A stretch of 64,000 nucleotides of DNA from assembly GCA_965644295.1 (NCBI GenBank), contig CBFFRP010000234.1, positions 1 through 64,000 on the forward strand, written 5' to 3'. Positions 1-12,471 of the stretch are shown here, in pieces. The position numbers were made by a program, and so were the translations under genes. The stretch comes from Paraphysomonas bandaiensis. Lineage: Eukaryota; Protista; Chrysophyceae. Position 1 is the first letter of the stretch. Every line of letters starts with the position of its first letter. A model generated the notes under the pieces. That model searched no databases, was not told the DNA's origin, and saw only the letters and a program-made list of their open reading frames with translations.

Positions 1-410
1 TGTGCAAGCTATCAACGATTTTATTCTCTTTACGGTAGCTGGAGCAGGCAGTCTGTTATCTGGAGTCATATACTCCCAATTCAGCTGGGCGGTTCTCATA
101 TACGTCTCAGCGGTCATGGTGAGCGTCTGATTTAATATCATGGCCTTGGTTTTCCTTATTGTGTCCTGTGTAGATGGCTATCAATTTATTACTCTTCACT
201 GTGGCGTGGAAGATGAAGAGTAAATTTGATTCACCCGAAGGTACACATAAGCCTTACGTAGATGACGAATGCAGTATCGGTGATACTGACAAAGAGTCTG
301 CAGCAGATCAAGGGGCATGCAATAGAAATATATCCGTCGCAAGTATGTCCAGTATCACAAGTGCACAGAACGATGAAAGAGAAAGAGTTCGCTCTATGTC
401 AGTGGCATAG
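1..410 (+). CDS. 3' end of MFS-type transporter (5' truncated by window edge)
   Basis: Frame from nt 2 reads VQAINDFILFTVAGAGSLLSGVIYSQFSWAVLIYVSAVM; GT-AG intron 119-173; last exon 174-410 with one more hydrophobic helix and a polar tail. Resembles the last TM helices of MFS proteins. Confidence 0.65.
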
Positions 411-1489
411 TATCACTACTTCTATCTCCGTGCATTTTCATTTTTCAAGCAATAATGTTATTGTTGATGCGCAGACATCACGCTATAACATGACATGAGA
501 TTTTCGTACAGCAAATAGTATTTTCTTTGTTGGAGAAAGCAGTCTCGTTAATACCGACCCAGTAAATAATTTGACACTATCTTTGAATTCAGTTATGGTG
601 TTGTCTATGTAAAAATGATCATGCCTTATAGTGAGATGCAACAATATTAATGCTGTAGTGTATTCCAGCAATGTTGAGTAGTGTACAATTGTGAGATAAG
701 CATTCGATATATGTATAAGGCCGAGAGTGTGAATTTTTGTTGCGGGAAATAAGCTAGTGTGTTAACTGTTAATTAATCTGGGAATTGAGAGCTACCACTG
801 TACTCTAATAATTCCACACATTCTTAGGCGTTGCTGCAAATTGATTAATCAATTGTATTCATTTTCTATGCCGCCTCAACCCTCATCTATACATTATAAA
901 ACTATACAGAACATAATATACCGTTGCTTATTATGATCTTCTGATGCCAAGAACATTGTATATAAATAAATGTACGTCGTTGGAATCTGCAGTGCACCTG
1001 TCGTTATATCTTAACTACATAAGCCAACCGCCCTCCAAACGGAAAATAGACGCATCAAGCGATGGAAGTTGTAAGGTAAAGTTTTCTAATTATTGACGAT
1101 GTTGACAGCTATTCAATGACCATTCTGTCCATATCCACACTTGCACATTCAATATCACTAGACAGAATGTATTAACATGACATAAGAGAGTGGTCACTGA
1201 GGTGTGATCCCCAACACACTGCATATCAAGATATCTAGATATGAATATCCTAGCCGAAAGAAATGTACAGCACTGCGTGTACCGCAGCTGTATACAGAGT
1301 AGTGCAGCAGTACGGTAGTATGGTACGGTGGTACTTCTGTGTATTGTGTATTCTGTGCGTGTTGAAACATGCATGAGCTCTTGCTGCATGTCTGTGCTGA
1401 TAAGTTAGCTAGCTATGACCAACTCACGAACAAACTGCTATTGAACTTATAGAAATGCCTCAATTCGAATTAAAGTTTCAGTAACAGTG

Positions 1490-3808
1490 ATGGGTCATTT
1501 AAGAGCCATTATATCGTTAACTTCCCTTTTATCTACTCTTGCTTTCACTCCTGTTGTGGTATATGTATCTTTCTTGTCTCCTCTCAGTAGTAGTCCTCCT
1601 AATAGTACCGATATAACTCGACTGAAATCATCTGATGCTGATGACACACCTCTTGTGTCAGTTGACTTACCACAAGTTTTCCCGTACTTCGGGCAATATG
1701 TAGATAAGCTATATGTTAGTCCCAATGGATATGTTCAGATGTCACCAGTAAATAATTGTGGGTGCTGCTATTGCAGCTCATGTCAGAATGGATTCGCGTC
1801 GTATGAAGGGGTAATAGGTGGTTTTTTGACTGATTTGAATCCCTCGCAGAATGGAACGGTATCATTGTATGAGGAGTTGGACGGAATCACCATTGTGTAT
1901 GACGACATTGCTCTTTACGGCGACTCGGACCTTGATTATCTTTGGTCTTTCAGAACGTCATTTTATTCAGACGGAAAAATTGTCATTTCATATGACAATA
2001 TAACTCGTCTCGAAGATTTACCATCCGATTCGTACAAGCCTTGCACTTGGGCAACAGGTTTGTTTTCCCCTAGGAATAATGATACTGCTGTTTTCACAGA
2101 TGATCAGCTAGCGACTGGGCGAGATGTATGGTTCTCAAGTAACAACGGGGTCTTTCCTAGTACCCGCAATGTATCAACCGGTTTACAATTCACCGCCTGT
2201 CCCATGTCAACATCGTGGTGTGGCACCCCTTCAACCATCGACTTGTCCGCTGTCCCGGCCTTATTCAACGCCACAACTCTCTCTACTTCATGCACTGATA
2301 CACTCGAACTCGCCCTATACATATCAAACATCAGTTCACTGACTACTGACGGAAATGGAGAATTCATTGTGTCATCTGGTGAAATTGGAGTGATGCCCTG
2401 CCATTCAGATGATTCATTGTCTCCCTACACCCTTATGTGTGATTTCTCCTCCGTGTCCTCACAATTGTTCGAAGGATCGTGGTATGTGTATCCCGCTTGG
2501 AGAGAGCTCAGTATTAGTGGAAATGGGAATTATACCCTGTTGGGCGAAACCCTACCCATACCTGTCACTGTGCAGTCGTCTGGCGCCTCCACTACCTGTT
2601 CACTCAACTCCGCGGTCGGCAGTTGCGCTGCCTGTGAAATTTGCAACGGAGCCAATATTTCTGATTGCATGATGCTTGTCTGTGACTCAGATTCCGCATC
2701 GTCATCTACGGATGTGCCTTTCCCTTCCAACGTTGAACCGTATGATGCACTATACGTTTCTCCTTCGTGCAATACTTCGTGCATTCATGTGTTCGATTAT
2801 GCAGAGGATAAGAATGGTATTTGCTGCCCCATTGATACCATGGACTGTATGGGTAAGTGTGGGGGGTCCTCTGAAGAGGGTACTAATAGTGATAGCGGAA
2901 ATCTGGTGTGTTGCTCCGAAAACAATCCACCCGATTGCAATGGTGTCTGTGGAGGCAAGGCGAGTTACGACACATGCAACGTGTGTGGTGGGACAGATAA
3001 TGGCAAGGAATGCCCCACTCATGTAGAAATAACCACAGGGCAGAGAGACCCTACGAAGTTGCACACCTACTATCCTGCGTTTGAGAGCTACGATACGATT
3101 TCCTACATCACTGTCGCGAACTCTGGAAATACCAGCATCTCCGTGCGATTTCGACTTGCGTCGTCTGACCAGAGTCTTGACCCCTTCATCACCTTGCCAA
3201 CAGCTGCCTATAACCTATCTGCGGGTACCAATATGACCTTCAACGTCACGTCATCTTTGCAACGGCTGTGGGATGGAGTGGTGTCGTCATGGGATGTGAA
3301 AACTATATCTGTCCAGTAAGTGATCGTAATCTGCTGTCTGTGTTGTTATAACAGAGAACTCGCTGATGATGTGTACAGGTACATTCGCCCTAGTCAGTTT
3401 CAGGATTACATATCGTTTAATATGGATGTTCTGCCTTTACAAACAGATTGTGGAATGGTTACGAGGCGACTAACTTGCATGGGCCTTCCAGGATGCATTC
3501 ATTGCTTGAATTTCAAACAGGATATGCGTGTTCTGCGATTGGAAGATGGGAGTGATAACGATATATATGCGAATCAAATCGGTCTCGAGAAAAGGCAGTT
3601 GTATGCGAACATACTTCCAGAACTAGCGGGAATATTTGACGATGAATCTACTGGAGTGTGTGAGGATGGTTGGAGAAATAGCGACTGTAGCACCTTCCCG
3701 TCAGACTCAGCCGGTAGAATACTAGGATCTCCTTTTGCCGCCTTTTACCACCTTATTTTACCTGTTCTACTGATTGCATATCTTAGCTGCTGTGGTGATG
3801 TTGCGTAG
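1490..3808 (+). CDS. Secreted/surface protein: signal peptide, NIDO/PLXDC-like domain, Cys-rich DCxGxCGG repeats, Ig-like segment, PSI-like motif, C-terminal TM/GPI-type tail
   Basis: LPQVFPYFGQYVDKLYVSPNGYV...TDLNPSQNG...FRTSFYSDGKIVISY; DCMGKCGG/DCNGVCGG/DTCNVCGG; intron 3316-3378 (GTAAGT..TACAG) joins the 610-aa and 162-aa ORFs; hydrophobic C-terminus. Confidence 0.75.
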
Positions 3809-3989
3809 GCCACGCTCATGAATAGTAATAATATAGTATATAAGTGTAGGGTATTGTAAGTTTAATGCTATAACTCTGATAAAGGAAGCACTATATATTG
3901 CAACAGTATTGTTGGAATGAATGCCGTAGTTTTTTATATTGTGAAAATATATATGCAATACTACAACAACAACTACAAGTAGCTGATCT

Positions 3990-4933
3990 AATATTGGACC
4001 TTGTCAATTTGGTGTAATTTCCTAGTCACCAAAATTGGTGTAAAAACCTAGTCAAGTGGTTGAAAAACCTAGTCCTCTAATCATTTATATTTTCAGATTT
4101 GGGTGACCAGATGTTTATGGTATTCACACCTCATGTTACTGTATGATTAATATCTCCACTGCACGACACACACTTCATGCTCTGATGTTCTGCTGCAGCT
4201 CAACAGTCCACTTCAATGATGCTGTTTTCACGAATATATCAACTGTGTGCCCTGAAAACCTCCTTTTTTCTTCACTGGTCTAAAAACAGGGGGGTTGCAG
4301 TCCGTCATTGAAATTATTTACTAGGGCGCTATCACCTATCACTCAGAGCATATGATGTCCTGAAGATCATAGAGTGAGTTATATCGACAGCTTCATTGAC
4401 CCCACTTCCCCATGACAATCACAAGGGACCCATCGCTACAATATTATAGTTATCATATATTGAAGGTCTCTTTATTTAGCAATAGGCGTTAAAAACTCGT
4501 TCCGATATAGTGGCTAGTTGAATGCTAGATCTACTAGCTAGACCTCTACCCATAACTAATCAGCACAAATTCTACTATCCTACTATTTAGCGCTACAGAA
4601 GCTGCTTGTGCGTCGCCGCAAGCACCAAGGTGCAACCACTTCCGTTCTTTTATAGTAATCAGCTATATAGATAGGCTGGATAAAAGGAGAATATATGTAT
4701 ATAAGAATTAGTTGTTATGTTTGAATGCTTGTTTCGATGCTCTGTAAGGCACTAATAATATGTTGTGTGAGATGGTATCTTAGACAGTCACAGTGTGCAA
4801 TTAATGGATGTAAGAACGACTAGGTTCAATACCAAAATTGACTAGGTTGAGTCACTTATTTCTTCACTAGTAGGCTATTTCACCGATTTTTGTATGACTA
4901 GGTTTGCTAACAAATTGACTAGGTTGATAATAT
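3990..4933. mobile_element. Degenerate TIR DNA element, family B, copy 1
   Basis: Clustered CCTAGTC motifs at 3990-4075 and inverted GACTAGG motifs at 4818-4933; interior is similar to 59060-59815. Confidence 0.6.
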
Positions 4934-6049
4934 TTCCCACATATGTAGCTTGTTTCAGATGATGTGGAGTAAACGGATTGGCGAATAGAAAAATAGTACA
5001 ATTATACAATATGATGGTATTGGCTTTTGAACATTTTGTTGGATTAGATCGTTAATTATAGTAATGTTGTTAGACTAGATATAGTATTATTATACGCAAC
5101 TGTGCGTTGTCGCGTAAAACATATCAACAACATAGTTTTATATTTCCTTCATGTCTACCACTGATCAACTTCCGTGTCTTGAGTCGACATGATACTTAAG
5201 TATCACAGTTATTGCTATATAGTATTTTTGACTATACGTATTACATTTTTTTCACATTATTACGTATTACGTATTCCAACAAATGATCACACAAGACCCA
5301 TACCTGAAGAAGTCCCAGGAAACTTTAGAATCGATTGAGGTTGTAATCAGCAGGATGATCTACAGCAGGGCCAACAGCATGATCAGCTGTATGATTTAGA
5401 GTATGGTCAACAGCATGATGGTCAACAGCATGATCATTTTTTTAACGAATTACATAACAGGCCACTGAAATTCATTTATTTTTACTTTATAAACTTGTTT
5501 ACGTAGTAGCATAGATCGCCTTCATTTCTTTGAGTGGGTGTGTCGTCAGGTGTCAGATTATAAAATATATTACATTAGTTTAATTCCTAATGGGGGATTG
5601 CTTATTGAATATCAGAATTAACTGTTTTCAAACATTAGAGTAGTTAGAATAGTAAGAACTAATGATTGCATTGCTATACTACAGAAGTCTATTCTCCTCT
5701 CGTAATAAGTATTCGGCAACACAAACAGTAGTTTGAAGCAATTAGTAAGTACTGGTTGCAAGTGTGCGTTGTACAGTTAAATGTTGTATAGTGTATCTCG
5801 TTGAAAAATCATTGTCAATAGAAGCAATATTGTGTTTGTTACTTGTTACTACTACAACAGTACAACAGGAACGAAAATGCAATTTATCAAATTATATTAC
5901 TCTCTCTTCAGCTAAGTTTTACTCCTCCTCCACGTGGATATATCTTGCCATCTCTACACCTCTGGTTGTGTCATTTCGAGGGAAACATTGAATATTACTT
6001 TCTATTTTCTATTCTTCTCAGGTTTTCTTCTGTGAATGTACATAGAGAG

Positions 6050-6848
6050 CAGGGATAGGGAACAATATATTGTATTGCAATACATTGTACAATATATTGC
6101 AATATATTGTAAAATATATTGATTGGTGGACTGGTCAAATATTCCATCAATAGTGTTTCTGCTAAAAGAGCTCACAATACTATTGCAATATATTGCAATC
6201 AATATTATGATAGTCATATAAGAGAAGATTCTCAACTGTAGGGTGCAAAATGGATATAAATAACCGAGAAATTGATTACAACATTACAAAGGATAATGAA
6301 GCTGATGTTGACTATGCGACTAAAAATCTTCAGTCAGCTCAAAAAATTAAGAAACGTACAGATCCACGAGTCATTAACGGTTGCCTGGCCTTGGTATGTA
6401 CTTCCAATACATGGGAACGTCTGTTCAGCACAGCTAAACATATTATATCAGTGTTGCGCAAAAGTATCCATCCTACTTAATATGCTGTTGTTTTAGAAAG
6501 CTATTCGACAGTTATGACCGGATACTTGCATATTTCAGTTAATTCTGTGGATGAATATGGTGATGTTGACCTCACCGATGATGGCTCAGAGGATGAGGAC
6601 GAGGTGGATTTTTAGTAGCTATAAGCAGCAGTTGGTTTGGTTGTCATGTGATCTTAATGACTAATACTAAAAATGAAATCTACGGATGTGTTTACCCACT
6701 GATTAGTCAAACTAATATATCGCAATACATTGACAATATATTGCAATATATTGTAATTGTATTGTAGGACCGGTTTAAAAAATCCATCAATACTATTGAT
6801 GGAACGCTATCTAACAATAGTATTGCAATATATTGTTCCCTATCCCTG
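6050..6848 (+). mobile_element. Non-autonomous hAT transposon (799 bp), copy 1
   Basis: 23-bp TIR CAGGGATAGGGAACAATATATTG; 8-bp TSD ATAGAGAG (6042-6049 / 6849-6856); internal frameshifted hAT C-terminal dimerisation remnant TSNTWERLFSTAKHIISVLRKSIHPT/LNMLLF. Confidence 0.92.
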
Positions 6849-7107
6849 ATAGAGAGGTTGATAGTACGATTACAAACCAGCATATATACATCATATATAA
6901 ACCCGTATTACAATGTTTAAGAGTATACACGAAATAATTATGCTTTATAAGAAAAAAAGTAAATATTAAGTTTACAACTCAACACTACTTTTTCCAAGTA
7001 TGACTGATATCCTCGTCAAAAATAGCACAGCATAACGAAGCCATCCAGCTACGTCAGACTCAACCCACCATTATAATAGAAATACAGATAATACTTAATG
7101 CACAAAT

Positions 7108-7932
7108 TTAAAGTCCCAGTACAGCGGGAAGCTCAGTGATGTCATTCAGGACGAAACACGGTTCCGTTTTACCGTCTTTGGGTGGCTTGTGTAAGAGCGC
7201 AGAGAAAAGCCCCGCATCACGAGCACCAGATGCATCGTTCCCACCACCAGCAACGTGAAGAATTTCCTCAACTTCAAACCCAATATGCTTCGTTGGTTCG
7301 TAGATTGCAGGCTGGGGCTTAAATACGCCCGCTGGGAAGTCAGAGGAAAATATGTGGCTGAACTCCACAGGGGTATGAAATATCGACACTGCTGTTGCCA
7401 GTGTATAATAATCACCATTAGATAGAGCCCCAATAGTATAGTTAGCATCGGCTAATATCTCAAGTGTCTCTTGAGTATTTTCCCATGGAGTAAGTTTCCC
7501 CCAGCACTTGACCAGCGCATCAAACTCATCACGGCTGATGTCTAACCCCATATCCCTTATAATATCCTTTAGAGAATTCGAAATGTGCCAACTAAATGGA
7601 AATGCGCCCGTGACCCCTTCTTCGAAAACAGAATTGGCAGCGGCACCATAAGCATTTTCCCACTTCGTGACGAGAGTGTGCACATCATTAGTGCTCAAAT
7701 ACGGCAATACTTCAGCCACTGAAGCGAACATCGAATCTGAAAGAAAAGACATTATCTCGAGCAGTTCACCAATAAGAACTATACCTTCCCATTGCATGAG
7801 CGCAGCAAAACAATCGAAAGTAACCAACTTTATTTTGCTTGCATTGTATGAGGGGCATGCAGATGAGGACTGAGACGATACTGTCTCTGAGCTGAGCAAC
7901 AACAGGGAAACAATAGATAAAACAGAGAGCAT
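7108..7932 (-). CDS. HAD-superfamily hydrolase, haloacid dehalogenase type II-like, with signal peptide
   Basis: Motifs VTFDCFAAL, LSNGD, FKPQPAIYE, LHVAGGGNDASGARDAG; hydrophobic N-terminus; probable in-frame 48-nt intron 7737-7784. Confidence 0.8.
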   Translation of the reverse strand: MLSVLSIVSLLLLSSETVSSQSSSACPSYNASKIKLVTFDCFAALMQWEGIVLIGELLEIMSFLSDSMFASVAEVLPYLSTNDVHTLVTKWENAYGAAANSVFEEGVTGAFPFSWHISNSLKDIIRDMGLDISRDEFDALVKCWGKLTPWENTQETLEILADANYTIGALSNGDYYTLATAVSIFHTPVEFSHIFSSDFPAGVFKPQPAIYEPTKHIGFEVEEILHVAGGGNDASGARDAGLFSALLHKPPKDGKTEPCFVLNDITELPAVLGL

Positions 7933-8461
7933 ATTACGCGTAAAATATAGTTGAGAGTAGTAACGTTAGATATTTGGCGGGTGGGGCAATGACAAAGAGA
8001 TAGATAGATAGATGATGGCAACAAGTTTATGTTGCTGCTCACGCTTGCTGCCATACCAGTATTGGCATACACTGTCCGCAGAGTACAGCATGTTGGAATT
8101 CTCTGGATACTGTGTATAGACCAGCATACGTCCTGACGTTTTATACATACTCTGTAGGAATTTCTAGTACAGTACTCGGTATAGATACTGCTGTATGTGC
8201 TGATCGGATCCTACTGTGATAACTTTTATCTATATATCCGGATATTCTATTACGATTTCCGTGATTTTTACGCACTTTCTGTAAATAATATTAACATTTC
8301 TCTCCTGTGATGCTTGTTTTCTGCAGTATCTACTCCACACTCCTCTACATCACGCCCAGATGTATCCAGCCATACTAGCTATTGGAATTATTCCTGTGCT
8401 CATACTATACATTCCCCTAACTCAGTTTATTGCTTGTAACAGAACACCTATAGAGAGAGTA

Positions 8462-9557
8462 ATGAGCCATATCACTCTGTTCCATCGCCGTTCAATAGCT
8501 CTGTTACTTTGTATAGCTGCGACATGTGAGTGTAAGATAGTAGTCAACACATGGGCCGGGCCGTTCACAGTGGCGACAGAAGCTGCATACGATGCTCTAA
8601 GTAACGGGGCAGATTGCCTGACTGCTGTTGAAATTGGATGCACTGCATGTGAAGTAAATCAGTGTGATGGAAGTGTAGGATACGGCAATCACCCTGACAC
8701 GCATGCAGGGGTTACGTTAGATGCTATGATCATGGATGGACAGAGTGTGAGTATAACTATGTCGAATGGATTGTATGCTCATAGTTAATATATTTTAGAT
8801 GGATGTCGGATCAGTAGCGTTCTTGTCAGGATACAGAAATGCAGCCAGCATTGCCCGTGCAGTGATGGAGTATACTACCCATACACTTTTAGTGGGTTCT
8901 GGCGCAGAAGAATTTGCACATATGATTGGAGCTCAAGCGCAAAACACAGCGACAAGTGAATCGTTGCAAGAGTTTGCGCAGTGGCGAGAAAGTGGATGCC
9001 AACCTAATTTTTATCAGAATCTTGAGGGATGTGAAGACAGCTGCGGGCCCTACCCTCACCCTTCATCTTCATTGCTGTTGGAACGGGAACACAAAACAAG
9101 GGTACACATTCCATGGGCCACCAACGATAATCATGACACCATTGGGATGGTGGCTATTGATGAGTTCGGACATATGTCCTGTGGAACAACAACCAATGGT
9201 GCCAACCACAAAGTTCGAGGTCGTGTGGGTGACTCCCCTATTGCAGGATCTGGATGCTATGTGAATGGCTCAGTAGGTGGATGCGCTGCCACCGGTGATG
9301 GGGACGTGATGATGCGTTTCTCTCCGACGTTTGCAGGTGTTATGTATATGGAAATGGGAGATGACCCCACAACTGCGGCAGTCAGGTCCCTACAACCTAT
9401 CGTTTCAGCTTTCCCGACTTTTTCAGGAGCTGTTGTATGTGTTTCTAATAACGAATCATTTGGAGCTGCAACTTATAATATGACGTTTCAAATATCTGTC
9501 ATGGCAGACGGAATGGATTCAGTGCAACAAATTGACATAGTACCCATGACTGCATGA
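8462..9557 (+). CDS. AGA: N(4)-(beta-N-acetylglucosaminyl)-L-asparaginase (glycosylasparaginase)
   Basis: Signal peptide then VVNTW; CEVNQCDGSVGYGNHPD; CQPNFY; autocleavage HDTIG; GRVGDSPIAG; ATGDGD. Intron 8747-8798. Confidence 0.93.
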
Positions 9558-10518
9558 ATTGTTGCCTGATGAAATAGTATATAATATTATGTGATGTGTG
9601 ATGTATATTTACTGCTCTGTGTTCTGTACAACTGAGTTTTTCTTTTTTCGAAGTTGGATATTGTTTTGAACAATAGGCAGAGTGGTGATGTTCTTAAACA
9701 GCTCAGTAATTGGTGACACTATAATTTATAATTTAGTATAACATTTTTCTACTCGCAACTTGCATTACGTGGTACTGTTCGTCAGCAATAAATCCATTGT
9801 ATTCTGTATCTGTACAAAGTGACAATCTTGGACTGTTCGAATTTGACATTTATTTTGGGTTCACACAGCTATTCAAATGAATATAATGTAGTAAATATTA
9901 TACGATCAAGATAACAATATCCTTTATGGTCATCTCATAAACGATCAATGGGTCTAATGACAAACATAATTCCTATCAGTTATGATAAGGTGTTCTTATA
10001 TGGGCACTATGTATACGGTATACCATTACTTTCAGTTTCTAATCAATATTAGTTCTAACTACTAACTACGATGTACATATTGTATATCGTATATCGTACA
10101 GTATTTTGTATTTCGCATTGTAAGTTTAAGTAGTACCATTCACTTTTGAATCTTAAAGTGCAAATCTTTACATGGACATTTAAGAACGCACTTCTAGTTG
10201 CGCTGTAACTGTAGTTAAATAAATTGCATACACCATCTCAGTGAACGGAGTACAGTCTCATCATATCTTGATGCACAGTCTGTAGGCTCAAACTGTCAGA
10301 ACTTAAGAAACCCTTGGATAACTGGAAGTGAATGACAGGACAATTGCAATAGGAATACAACGAAATAGAACAGTATATTATTAACCTCGAATTCAGGTAT
10401 AGGCCTGCCAGAAACTATGACTTATTCTCGCAAAGGAAGACCGCAAAAACACAATAAAATACTCATGACAAATCTCTCCTTACCACACGAAAGTCTCCAG
10501 CAGTTGCAGCACGGTGAA

Positions 10519-11886
10519 TTAAGCAAAGCTGCTCTGCCTGACCTGTGTCATAGAAAACCCACCGGTGGATCCATAGTTAGCTGCGTCCTCTCTGCGTGGA
10601 GATCGCGGGGATTTTTTCGATCGGGGACTCATGAATGGTGACATAGTAGAAAGATAAATCTGCGGCTCCGCTCCTTCAGTCGCCAGGGCACGGATGTCTC
10701 TTTCTGCTTCATCATATTCCTCGGAGAAGTCCAAAAAGCAGTCAAGGAGCCCGCCGGTTAGTTTGATGGATCCAGCATTTGGCGCATTGTATACAGCTGT
10801 ACCGTAAAGGAGAACCATCATTCCTGCTAACTGCATCCAGCTCCATACCGTCCAGCTCTCGCCAAAGCTGGTGGTGATGAGATAGTAGATGAAGAGGTCA
10901 GTTCCCCACACAGTGATGGGGCGGAAGTTGTCGAGGATGGCGTGCCATACAGAGTTCAACATGAAGGTTACCAGACAGGCGAGCATGTTATACAAAAATA
11001 TGGAGAGGAAGTACAGTAAAAACATCCACTGAATAGCGGGGGAGTTCTGAACCATGACAATAGTATTAAATGGGTTCTCATAAGAACCATGATCAGGTCC
11101 GGGGCAAAAATATGCGATAGGATACAAGACCGTCACGCATACAAGGGTTCCCCAAAGCCCCTCCATACCAATAAGTAGCAAAGGCGGAGCAGCTATTTCC
11201 ATGGACATCACACGCTCTTCGAATGCGTACTGTAAGCTCTGTACGAGTGCTCCCATAAGAATTAAAATCACGCCAGTAAGAGGATGGTTATCCGTTGACT
11301 CGTCTGGAGAGGATGCATCAGTCGAAAACATCGCAGTCATGCCAACAAGAATGATTGACACTACGTTCCAGAAAACTCCAATCCACATAAATGTACGGAG
11401 CTTATCTTGTAGAACAAAGTGTTTCAATATTGCCACAAAAACGATCGCACCACCGCGAAGCATTTGGTAAATGCTAACATTTACGTATCTCAGGCCAAAC
11501 ATACACAGGGCAGTAGCTACAAGATCAAACAGTGCAGGAATTATGAGAACAAAGTACATCCACATCGGAATACTCTGTTGCTGAGCCTCTTGCCCCTGCC
11601 CATTATCAATGGCGCTATATCCTTTCTTGGCATGGTTATATCCAGGAAACGGAATTTTGAATGCCAGCACTGCAAAATGCATCCCCAGTGCGCCCAACAT
11701 CCCCACAAACATTCCAAACGTCTGAAACAGTGGAAAAGAGAACTTCTCCATTTCTCCTGTGATGCCAACAGATTGCATGTCAAGTAGCACTTTGGATGTG
11801 AGGGAACAGCCTGTCCCTGCGACCAAAGCGGCCACGAACACAATTAACTCCGGGATTCCGCATGTTGACGCGTGTCCCCCTGCCAT
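10519..11886 (-). CDS. SLC35F6: SLC35F6-like (DMT superfamily) transporter, intronless
   Basis: FPLFQTFGMFVGM, PALFDLVATAL, SIYQMLRGG, GMEGLWG, HAILDNFRP; about 10 TM segments. Confidence 0.8.
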   Translation of the reverse strand: MAGGHASTCGIPELIVFVAALVAGTGCSLTSKVLLDMQSVGITGEMEKFSFPLFQTFGMFVGMLGALGMHFAVLAFKIPFPGYNHAKKGYSAIDNGQGQEAQQQSIPMWMYFVLIIPALFDLVATALCMFGLRYVNVSIYQMLRGGAIVFVAILKHFVLQDKLRTFMWIGVFWNVVSIILVGMTAMFSTDASSPDESTDNHPLTGVILILMGALVQSLQYAFEERVMSMEIAAPPLLLIGMEGLWGTLVCVTVLYPIAYFCPGPDHGSYENPFNTIVMVQNSPAIQWMFLLYFLSIFLYNMLACLVTFMLNSVWHAILDNFRPITVWGTDLFIYYLITTSFGESWTVWSWMQLAGMMVLLYGTAVYNAPNAGSIKLTGGLLDCFLDFSEEYDEAERDIRALATEGAEPQIYLSTMSPFMSPRSKKSPRSPRREDAANYGSTGGFSMTQVRQSSFA

Positions 11887-12026
11887 TTCAAGAATACACA
11901 CTAGTAGTAAGGATACGGAATATTTGTGCCACGACCAAGCAAAAGTAACTGCTCTGCAGGTTTGCTATATGATACGAATGCAATGAATAGTGATGTCTGA
12001 CTGCAATGCACTGCATACCACATACC

Positions 12027-12059
12027 GTATAGTAGTATAGTATAGTATAGTATAGTATA
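12027..12059. repeat. (TAGTA)n microsatellite in a divergent intergenic region
   Basis: gtatagtagtatagtatagtatagtatagtata. Confidence 0.8.
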
Positions 12060-12471
12060 CCATATACATCCACTGCTGCTGAGGCTGTCTGTGATCTTTT
12101 CAACTGGGGCGTGTGGGAAAGACAGGCATCTGTTTCCATCCAAATCCATCAGGCAGTTTACACGGGTAGTTTTAACGTATCTTCATATTCAAACGGGCAG
12201 TTATTGGCGATATTATACGGTACTGTATATGCCAACATACGGAGTCGTTGTGTTTGCTGCTGCTCTGTCGATACATATGCATGCATGTGTAAGTTGAAAG
12301 CAGGTGTCCAGGTGAACCCATCTATCTCTCGGCTTACAATAGCGCTCATCTTAATCATTTATTGTTGCATTGAGTAAACTCATAGTGTTAGTTTGGTTCT
12401 CTTTTAATGTTTGATTGCCAGTAATATCTATACAGACACATATCTATAGCTGCATATACACTCACAGCAGT

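Noticed and set aside
3310-3380. Apparent stop-codon readthrough between adjacent in-frame ORFs (3319/3320)
   Set aside because: The TAA lies inside a canonical 63-nt intron (GTAAGT...TACAG); no recoding is needed, and I saw no sign of an alternative genetic code.
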